A stretch of 64,000 nucleotides of DNA from an uncultured Acidobacteriota bacterium (GTDB lineage Bacteria > Acidobacteriota > Terriglobia > Terriglobales > Acidobacteriaceae), in NCBI GenBank assembly GCA_963839975.1, contig CAWIXA010000002.1, positions 565,949 through 629,948 on the forward strand, written 5' to 3'. The notes under the pieces were generated by a model. It was not told where the DNA came from and did not search any database. It saw only the letters and a program-made list of their open reading frames with translations. Shown here piece by piece: positions 56,930-64,000 of the stretch (its first letter is position 1; each line of letters begins with the position of its first letter). Position numbers and translations under genes: made by a program.

Positions 56930-58720
56930 GTGAGCACAGTCTCCGAAAGTCAATGGCGGATCCAGACATTCGCACCCTCAACCGCGAACTACAGGCTATT
57001 GCGGATCTCTTGTTGGGTTGTGGCCCTGGGTCTCGGCGCAGCCCAGTCCTGGGCGAAGCGTTTCGAAATGGATCCCGACGGCGTATCCTACCTCGACATC
57101 GGGGACGCCTACTGGCGCGGCGATTGGCACAATGCCGTCAATGCATACTGGAGCCCGCTGTACTCGTGGGTTCTTGGTTTTTTCCTCAAGCTGTGCAGAC
57201 CGTCGGCTTATTGGGAATACCCAACCGTCCGTCTGGCCAACTTTCTGATCTACCTGGCCGCGCTCGTGTGCTTCGAGTTTTTTCTGACGACATTCATAAC
57301 ACAGCGCAGACAACGCAGCTTGCAGCTGTTGAATGACGGACAGATGGGGTTGCCGGAATCCGCATGGTGGCTTCTCGGTTACAGTTTGTTTCTTTGTTCA
57401 TCTCTTCTCCTGATCGGCGCGGACCTCGTGACACCCGACATGTGCGTCGCCGCTTTTGTATATTTGGCATCGGCGCTGGTCTTGAAAATTCGAGCCGGCA
57501 GCACTGGCCACCGTACCTTTGTTGCTCTCGGCCTCGTGCTCGGGTTTGCCTATCTGGCTAAAGCTGTCATGTTTCCCTTGGGATTGGTATTTCTTGGCAC
57601 CGCAATATTTGCCAGTAGGCCGTGGCCGAACTGGTTGAGAAATGCGGCGATCGCGACTCTAGCATTTGTGGCGGTCGCGGGCCCGTTTATTGCAGCGATT
57701 TCGTATGCTAAGGGACGAACCACTTTCGGCGACAGCGGACGACTTAACTTCACATGGTGCATTAACGGAGTAGACCCGTGGTATCCGGGTGATGGAGGCC
57801 GAATAATTTGTATTGGCACAGGACGGGTGCAAGACATTGATGGACAATCGGTAGCACTGGCGGGCTCGTTGCGCCATCCGGTAAAGAAGATATTTGATAC
57901 TCCCGCAGCATACTGGTTTGACGAGCCGATCACCGGGACCTATCCGTTTTGGTATGACCCCTCCTACTGGCAGGATGGCGTCAAGGGGCATTTTGATGGG
58001 AGCACGCAACTGTGGACAATAGGCAGAAGCTTCCTGATTTACCTGGACTTGCTCAAGACCGTTTATCTCAATGTCCTCGCGCCGTTCTTAATTCTGTTGC
58101 TTATTTCGTCGGCTCCAATCCGATTCTGGGCGCGTGCGGTTGAGCGTTGGGAGGTTATTGTCCCTTCCGCAACTGCATTCATCTTGTATTCCCTGGTTCA
58201 TACGGAGCCTCGGTATGTTGCAGGCTTCATCGCCATTGTTGGGTTGATCGCGTTTCATGGGTTGCGGTTCCGCGAGTCTCCGGAGTTGCGACGATTTCTG
58301 ACTCTGACATTGTTAGCCGTCGCTGTGACTACGCTTGGATTCACCGGCAGAATAGTCGTTTCCGACGCCATAGCCGCCAGGGGGCTTGCTCCGGTTTACT
58401 GGCTGGTCGCGAAATCTCTGAATGATCACGGTGTGCAGCCGGGAGCAAGAATCGCAACGGTTACACCCGAACCGTTCGGTGCAGGCGGAGCGTTTGTTGG
58501 CAGGCTTGCCAGGCTGCAGATAATCGCGCAGGTGAACCAGCCGGATCGTTTTTGGGCTTCGCCGGCGTCGACCCAATCTGCGGTTCTAGAAGCTTTTCGG
58601 CGAGCGGGATGCGATGGGGTGTTGGGCTGGAAAGTTCCACGTTCTGCATCGGGGTGGCAGAGGCTGGGCCCAACGGAATACTGGTTCTTGAAGCTGGACG
58701 ACCGACCTAAATTGCCGTGA
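56930..58720 (+). CDS. ArnT/PMT-like (GT-C) polytopic membrane glycosyltransferase
   Basis: The ORF is 596 aa. After TM1 comes the acidic loop FEMDPDGVSYLDIGDAYWRGDW, comparable to the first-loop DE...GDW pattern of ArnT-type enzymes. About 11 TM segments and a C-terminal soluble domain follow. Confidence 0.55.
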   Translation: MSTVSESQWRIQTFAPSTANYRLLRISCWVVALGLGAAQSWAKRFEMDPDGVSYLDIGDAYWRGDWHNAVNAYWSPLYSWVLGFFLKLCRPSAYWEYPTVRLANFLIYLAALVCFEFFLTTFITQRRQRSLQLLNDGQMGLPESAWWLLGYSLFLCSSLLLIGADLVTPDMCVAAFVYLASALVLKIRAGSTGHRTFVALGLVLGFAYLAKAVMFPLGLVFLGTAIFASRPWPNWLRNAAIATLAFVAVAGPFIAAISYAKGRTTFGDSGRLNFTWCINGVDPWYPGDGGRIICIGTGRVQDIDGQSVALAGSLRHPVKKIFDTPAAYWFDEPITGTYPFWYDPSYWQDGVKGHFDGSTQLWTIGRSFLIYLDLLKTVYLNVLAPFLILLLISSAPIRFWARAVERWEVIVPSATAFILYSLVHTEPRYVAGFIAIVGLIAFHGLRFRESPELRRFLTLTLLAVAVTTLGFTGRIVVSDAIAARGLAPVYWLVAKSLNDHGVQPGARIATVTPEPFGAGGAFVGRLARLQIIAQVNQPDRFWASPASTQSAVLEAFRRAGCDGVLGWKVPRSASGWQRLGPTEYWFLKLDDRPKLP

Positions 58721-58861
58721 GTCTGATAGCGGCGCAACGCTTTCGAGGGCGTAACCGAATCCGTACCGTTCGACACTAGCCGGCATCCCTCCCCGTCCCG
58801 GGAAAATTGTTTTTGCCCTCCAATGCTCGCTCCGAAGAATGCCTCCGTCAATTCAGTGCAT

Positions 58862-60079
58862 TTATTGTTCGCCAATATAGGTATCCCGGCTGATCCCCAA
58901 CATACTCAAGAACACGGAGGAAAACAAAATCTCGACTCCGAGGAACAAGGAAAGCGAACAGAAGAACACCGTGCGCACAGCCGCGAGACGCCCGAATCCG
59001 CGAGAGGCCCATTGCCAGAAGACGAATGCGTCCCCGGTAAACCCGACCAGCAGAAAGGCCGCGCCCAGCAGGAGTCCGTGCTCCAGCCTTAAACGCTTCA
59101 GCCAGCGCACGAGCGTCTGTTGATTGCGCGCCAATCTTTCCGTGTAGCAAAACACCTTGACGAAAAGACCGATGGAGAAAATATGCATACCCAGCAGGAT
59201 GAGCATCATCGCCAACGACAGAGTATTCACATCCAGTCCCACTCTTCCTGCCAGAACAGGGCCGGGCAGAAGCCAGAGGACAATCCCCAAGCCCAGGGCC
59301 ATGAGGACGCCTCCGGGTAAGAGAAAAAGCCAGTCGGGCGCGGAGAGCATGATGAATCGCAAGTGCCGCCAGCCGTCGCGAAACGTGTTCAGATGCGGTG
59401 GGCGGTCACGCTGCTCCGGCCATGTGGTGATGGGAATCTCCGTGATCTGAGCGCCAGCCTTGGCTGCCTTGATAAGCGATTCCGAGCAAAGCTCGAAACC
59501 ATTCGTGCGCAGATCGAGCTGTTGGGCCAGATCCTTCGACATGCCACGCATGCCGCTGTTCATGTCAGTGACCCGTGCGCCGAAGAAAACATTGATCAGG
59601 GCAGAAAGAACCGGGGTGCCGAGATGCCGATGATGCCATCGCATCGCCCCACGTTTGATTTCGCCCAGGATCCGGCTCCCCAAAACGTAATCGTGGCCCT
59701 GACGCCATTTCGCAACGAAGTTGGGCACCTCGGAGAAATCATGGCTGCCGTCAGCGTCACCGAGAATGATGAAGTCGCCACGGGCTGCCACTATGCCGGC
59801 GCGAACCGCGCTTCCGTATCCCTTGATTTTGGCATGAACGACTCGCGCCCCGTGCGCTTCGGCGATTTCGATCGAACCGTCGGTTGAGCCGTTGTCGGAG
59901 ACGATAACCTCGCCTTCGATTGCATGGGCACGGAATGCGGCAAGAGCTTTGTCAATGCAGGACGCGATGGACCGCACCTCGTTCAGGCACGGGATCACCA
60001 CCGAGACTTCCGGGCGAACGCTGGGGCGCCCACCGGTGGCAGACTGTTCCGAGACGACGGTCTTTAGCGTGGTATCCAT
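58862..60079 (-). CDS. GT2 glycosyltransferase with a C-terminal 4-TM domain (GtrB/ArnC/DPM1-like), copy b
   Basis: Motifs are VSVVIPCLNEVRSI, VIVSDNGSTDGS, IILGDADGSHDF and MRGMSK. It shares the C-terminal TM architecture of copy a. Confidence 0.9.
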   Translation of the reverse strand: MDTTLKTVVSEQSATGGRPSVRPEVSVVIPCLNEVRSIASCIDKALAAFRAHAIEGEVIVSDNGSTDGSIEIAEAHGARVVHAKIKGYGSAVRAGIVAARGDFIILGDADGSHDFSEVPNFVAKWRQGHDYVLGSRILGEIKRGAMRWHHRHLGTPVLSALINVFFGARVTDMNSGMRGMSKDLAQQLDLRTNGFELCSESLIKAAKAGAQITEIPITTWPEQRDRPPHLNTFRDGWRHLRFIMLSAPDWLFLLPGGVLMALGLGIVLWLLPGPVLAGRVGLDVNTLSLAMMLILLGMHIFSIGLFVKVFCYTERLARNQQTLVRWLKRLRLEHGLLLGAAFLLVGFTGDAFVFWQWASRGFGRLAAVRTVFFCSLSLFLGVEILFSSVFLSMLGISRDTYIGEQ

Positions 60080-60157
60080 TAAAACCGAAACAACTATGTC
60101 GGTCCCGCCTAATCAGTTGCAGCCGCCCTGCCACTCGTCAGAATTTGCTGCGGGCGG

Positions 60158-60190
60158 CGAGTAACTCTCAGCCCAGCTGAGGGTTACTCG
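60158..60190 (+). other. 15-bp-stem hairpin in the 329-nt leader or divergent region upstream of P5
   Basis: CGAGTAACTCTCAGC-cca-GCTGAGGGTTACTCG forms 14 Watson-Crick pairs plus one T-G pair. The T-G pair is a G-U wobble only in plus-strand RNA. A second 7-bp stem flanks it: GCCGCCC (60122..60128) with GGGCGGC (60152..60158). Confidence 0.4.
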
Positions 60191-60408
60191 TGAGGGCTGC
60201 AGCTGGTTGCCCCAACAAAACCGATCTGCAGCGCGATGCCTGCCACCAATTGTATTCACCTTGCGGGAAATTATTCTTCCAAAATTGCAGACATCACTCC
60301 GGAGACTGGCATCGACCGGCAATCCCTTTTGCTAATGATTTCATTCGCCACCTAAGGCAGAATAGGAGTGCTTGTAGCGGCAAGTCGATTGATCCCGCTA
60401 ACTAATCC

Positions 60409-62106
60409 ATGTTCCTGGCTCTTGAGCTCTGCTTGACAGCGATTTGCGCGGCACCGGCATTCATTCACCCTGAGCTTGGGGAAGGATGGTTTTCAGCGCT
60501 CGAACGGGGGTTTGCGACATTTGCGCGAAGACGCAGTCTAGCCGTGGTCTCGGTTGGACTGTTGGCCCTGACGCTGCGGCTGGCGTTGCTGCCGATTTTG
60601 CCCGTGCCGCAGCCGGAGGTTCACGACGAGTACAGTTATCTTCTTCTCGCTGACACGCTGGCGCACGGGCGCGTTGCCAATCCTACCCACCCGATGTGGC
60701 AGCACTTTGAGACCTTCCACGAGAACATGCGTCCGACATATGCCTCGATGTATTACCCGGGCCACGGGATCTTTCTGGCATTCGGACAGGTGGTTATGGG
60801 GCATCCATTCTGGGGCGTTTGGCTGAGCTCGGGTCTGATGTGTGCCGCGATTTGCTGGGCGTTGCAAGGCTGGATGCCACCGGGATGGGCCCTCCTTGGA
60901 GGTTGGCTGGCGGTCATTCGCCTGGGGACTTTCAGTTATTGGGCTGACAGCTATTGGGGAGGAACGGTCGCGGCGCTAGGCGGCGCGTTGGTACTCGGAG
61001 CACTACCCAGAATCAAGGGGAGCCAACGAGTGCAGGATGCAGTGATCATGGCAGTGGGAATGGCCATGCTGGCCGTCACCCGGCCTTACGAAGGCCTATT
61101 CTTTTGTATTCCCATCCTGGTTGCGCTCCTTTGGTGGATCATTAATGAACGTGCGCTATCACTGAAGACTTCGTTCGCACGGATCGTGCTACCGATTGTT
61201 CTAGTGATGGCAGCAACGTTCGCTGGTCTTGGTTATTATTTCTGGCGGGTAACCGGAAGCCCGTTCACTACGCCGTATCAAGTGAACATGCGCACTTACG
61301 GGCTGGTGTATTTTCCTTGGCAGAAGATCGGGGAGGTGCCTAAGTTTCATCACGCCGCCATGGAGATGCTGTACCGTGGCGGAGCAGTAGTTGGGATGTA
61401 TCACTTTGCGCGCCTGCACCCGATTCGGCTCCAGATCTCGAAACAGCTCGTCATCTGGCTGTTCTATTTTGGTCCGGTGTTAACACTACCTTGGCTAGCG
61501 TGGCTGTTTACCAGGCCTCGCGGAGAGTTCTGGAAATCGTTCAGTCCTGAGCTTCGCTTTCTGCTGCTGCTCGCGCTGGTGACATCGGTTTCGTTCGCGC
61601 TGACCATCTATGTCGGACAGCCACACTATGCGGCGCCGCTGACCGCGGTTTTCTACGCCGGAACATTACTGGTGATGCGCGATCTGTTCAGCTGGCAATC
61701 GCAAGGCCGAACTTCCGGCAAATTCTTGGTGCGGTCGGTTCCAGCTATTTGCGCGGTCCTCCTGTTGGTGAGGTTGGCTGCGCCAGCCCTGCACATTACG
61801 CCCGCGCCGAGTTGGATTCGCACCTGGTGCTCACAAGACGCGCAAAACCTGGAGCGGGCGCGCCTTCTGAAGCAACTGGAAAACACGCCTGGAGAGCAGC
61901 TTGTGATCGTGCGCTACGGCCCCACGCATGATTTCATACTCAACGAATGGGTGTTCAACAACGCAGACATAGATGGCTCCAAGGTAATTTGGGCGCGTGA
62001 CATGGGGCCTGACAACGCTGAGTTGCTTCAGTATTTCAAAACCAGGAATGTGTGGTTGGTTGAGCCGGACTACAATCCTCCCAGGTTATCGCCCTATGCC
62101 CAATAG
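60409..62106 (+). CDS. P-family membrane protein, copy P5 (intact reference copy)
   Basis: The ORF is 565 aa. Motifs are ILPVPQPEVHDEYSYLLLADTLAHGRVANPTHPMW (HDE at 60622..60630), [29 protein letters not shown] and QLVIVRYGPTHDFILNEWVFNNADIDGSKVIWARDMG. Confidence 0.85.
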   Translation: MFLALELCLTAICAAPAFIHPELGEGWFSALERGFATFARRRSLAVVSVGLLALTLRLALLPILPVPQPEVHDEYSYLLLADTLAHGRVANPTHPMWQHFETFHENMRPTYASMYYPGHGIFLAFGQVVMGHPFWGVWLSSGLMCAAICWALQGWMPPGWALLGGWLAVIRLGTFSYWADSYWGGTVAALGGALVLGALPRIKGSQRVQDAVIMAVGMAMLAVTRPYEGLFFCIPILVALLWWIINERALSLKTSFARIVLPIVLVMAATFAGLGYYFWRVTGSPFTTPYQVNMRTYGLVYFPWQKIGEVPKFHHAAMEMLYRGGAVVGMYHFARLHPIRLQISKQLVIWLFYFGPVLTLPWLAWLFTRPRGEFWKSFSPELRFLLLLALVTSVSFALTIYVGQPHYAAPLTAVFYAGTLLVMRDLFSWQSQGRTSGKFLVRSVPAICAVLLLVRLAAPALHITPAPSWIRTWCSQDAQNLERARLLKQLENTPGEQLVIVRYGPTHDFILNEWVFNNADIDGSKVIWARDMGPDNAELLQYFKTRNVWLVEPDYNPPRLSPYAQ

Positions 62107-63370
62107 CAGCCCCGCTCTGCCCGCCTCCCGCCTGATTTTGGGATTCAACGAGGGCACGCTGGGACTGGTAGCCGCGGCCATTTTCTTGTGTGCCGGGGTG
62201 TTTTGGTCTGCGCGAGGACCGAACGTTGAAAAGACGGATTTTTCTTTGACGTATGTGGGCGCGCGAATTGTGCATCAGGGATTCGGCGCGAGGCTCTACG
62301 ACATCACGTTGCAAAAGCAGATCCGAGACTCGCTCTTCGCGCACCCGAATCCACTCCTGTTTGAGCATCCGCCATTCGAAGCATTACTTTTGGCGCCGCT
62401 GGCGGCACTTCCCTTCCGGACTGCCTATTTGATTTGGGGACTATTTAATGCCACTGTGTGGCTTTCGTTGATCTGGGTCTTGCGGCCCTATCTGCCCACG
62501 CCGCATGAGGATCTTGGGTATCTGTCGCTTTGGCTTTTGTTCGCGCCGCTCGGAGTTGCCGTGTATCAAGGCCAGCCATCGTTATTACTGCTGGCGATCT
62601 ACGCGCTAACGTTTACCAGCCTCAAACGAGAAAATGAGTTTGTTGCCGGCTTGTGCCTGGGGTTAGGTCTTTTCCGGTTTCAGTTCGTGCTGCCTTTCGC
62701 CTTCATCTTTCTCGTTCGAAGGAAGTGGCGATTTCTGGGTGGATTCGGGCTTACTTCTGTATTCGTCGGCCTGCTATCTTTCGTGGCGGTGGGCTGGAGG
62801 GGGATTGTGAGCTACGTCCGACTTTTGTGGACGATCGGCAACAATCCGCAGAATCTGTCTTACGGGTCCGGGGTTGATATGCCCACCATTCACGGGTTTG
62901 TGTACGCCATGTTGGGGAAATCAATTGGCCGGAGCGGGTTGGCGATCACGGTGGCGCTGTTGTCTTTTCTGCTGCTGGCCGCTGTAGCCGTACGTTGGCA
63001 AGCGGTGAGCGAAGATTCGTCGCAAGATGGTTCAAGGTTCAACCTGATGTTTGCGGCAGCTATCGCCGCTTCCCTGCTGTCAGGTTCGCATATGTTTACT
63101 CACGATTTCAGCCCCTTGATGCTGGCGATGTTTCTGGCGGCCGCCGGCTTTTCGAATTCTAGTAAAGCAGGTCATGGGGCTTTGCGCGTTACGATGAAGA
63201 TCACGCTGGTGTTGTTCTGGTTCTTTCCAATCTATTTTCTTTTTGTCGCGTGGCATTGCCTCTACCTTATGTGTCCGGCTCTGTTGCTGTTTGCATATTC
63301 GGCGCTCCTGGGAGCGAAGTATTTAGGCCTGCAGCGGCAAGCTGAGGTAGAGTGCGTAGCAGCGGGATAG
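62096..63370 (+). CDS. GT87/DUF2029-like polytopic membrane glycosyltransferase (copy c)
   Basis: The internal ATG 62096 overlaps the P5 end by 11 nt. Motifs are KTDFSLTYVGARIVHQGFGARLYD, FEHPPFEALLLAPL and GLGLFRFQFVLPFAFIFLVRRKWRF. Confidence 0.7.
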   Translation: MPNSSPALPASRLILGFNEGTLGLVAAAIFLCAGVFWSARGPNVEKTDFSLTYVGARIVHQGFGARLYDITLQKQIRDSLFAHPNPLLFEHPPFEALLLAPLAALPFRTAYLIWGLFNATVWLSLIWVLRPYLPTPHEDLGYLSLWLLFAPLGVAVYQGQPSLLLLAIYALTFTSLKRENEFVAGLCLGLGLFRFQFVLPFAFIFLVRRKWRFLGGFGLTSVFVGLLSFVAVGWRGIVSYVRLLWTIGNNPQNLSYGSGVDMPTIHGFVYAMLGKSIGRSGLAITVALLSFLLLAAVAVRWQAVSEDSSQDGSRFNLMFAAAIAASLLSGSHMFTHDFSPLMLAMFLAAAGFSNSSKAGHGALRVTMKITLVLFWFFPIYFLFVAWHCLYLMCPALLLFAYSALLGAKYLGLQRQAEVECVAAG

Positions 63371-63380
63371 CCGGTATTCG

Positions 63381-64000
63381 ATGCCATCCACTATGCCCAG
63401 CGAACCACGTCTTGACGAGAACGGAGCACAAGGCGGCGTCTTAACACTGGCCAGCCAGACACGAGCAGAACAAGTCATCCCGCTGCTGATCTTCCTGTTT
63501 TCTGTGGCCTACCTTTGCATGTTCCGCCGTTACGCTTCGCTCGAGCCGGATGAAGGGATCGTCCTAGTTGGAGCAGAACGCATCCTTCGCGGTGAAGTTC
63601 CCTACCGCGATTTCTTTTCCTTTTACACTCCAGGGTCTTTTTATCTTGTGGCTCTATTGTTCAGGATTTTCGGCGACTCGCTCGCCGTAGCGCGAATTAG
63701 TTTGGCATTCGCCGGAGCTGCGTGTTCGGTTGTGACCTATCTCTTGTCGCGGCGGGTCTGCCCTCGCAACATCGCGATATTCGCTGCCCTGCTGGCGACC
63801 GTCATCGGTGTGCCTTACAGATTTCTGGTTTTACACAATTGGTACAGCACCGCGCTGGCATGCTTCGCCTTATATGCCGCAGTGCAGTCGCTAGAGACTC
63901 ACAAAACGGCGTGGGCTTTCGCCGTGGGGTCGTTTACTTCACTGACGATCCTTTTCGAGCAATCCAAGGGCGCGGGGCTTCTTCTGGGACTTGGAGTGGG
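63381..64000 (+). CDS. GT39/PMT_2-like (GT-C) membrane glycosyltransferase, N-terminal part (runs off the window)
   Basis: I translated from ATG 63381: MPSTMPSEPRLDENGAQGGVLTLASQTRAEQVIPLLIFLFSVAYLCMFRRYASLEPDEGIVLVGAERILRGEVPYRDFFSFYTPGSFY... The frame stays open to 64000. The EPDEG loop sits after TM1. Confidence 0.55.
   Translation, partial: MPSTMPSEPRLDENGAQGGVLTLASQTRAEQVIPLLIFLFSVAYLCMFRRYASLEPDEGIVLVGAERILRGEVPYRDFFSFYTPGSFYLVALLFRIFGDSLAVARISLAFAGAACSVVTYLLSRRVCPRNIAIFAALLATVIGVPYRFLVLHNWYSTALACFALYAAVQSLETHKTAWAFAVGSFTSLTILFEQSKGAGLLLGLGV

Overview
This is a GC-rich bacterial chromosomal segment. Its gene content points to Acidobacteriota (an inference): a TPR-fused Ser/Thr kinase, fused MFS/spermidine-synthase proteins, a very long TonB-like protein and many GT-C-type membrane proteins. 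No rRNA, tRNA or CRISPR array was found.

Layout, left to right:
1. A TetR regulator sits divergent from an RND efflux operon (permease, adaptor, outer-membrane factor) that has two apparent frameshifts.
2. Next come a 1203-aa Ser/Thr kinase with TPR repeats and a secreted NHL-like protein.
3. A tightly coupled nine-gene operon runs PhoU-like, three tandem membrane paralogues, DUF4129, DUF4350, MoxR ATPase, DUF58, secreted protein. SpoIIM-like and RDD genes follow it.
4. A roughly 5-kb phage-derived island has no integrase. It carries a Rad52-like annealing protein, a Cas4/RecB-like nuclease, an HNH endonuclease and a strong promoter with a palindromic operator.
5. After the island come a fused MFS/spermidine-synthase-like protein, a TonB-like protein, three decayed TadE/TadG-like genes and a sigma-54 activator with a degenerate receiver domain.
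6. From 37.9 kb to the window end lies a very large locus of lipid-carrier-dependent glycosylation genes. It holds at least 12 polytopic GT-C-like membrane proteins, two GtrB/ArnC/DPM1-like GT2 enzymes, a methyltransferase and a dead DegT aminotransferase. Five of the membrane proteins belong to one uncharacterised paralogous family with an H/Q-D-E first-loop motif. I consider this locus and that family the most interesting candidates for an undescribed system.

Frameshift lesions cluster at 32.8-35.9 kb and 37.9-43.0 kb. Adjacent long genes are intact, so this is either real gene decay or local assembly error.

All calls rest on reading the translated ORFs and the sequence by eye. No database search was run.
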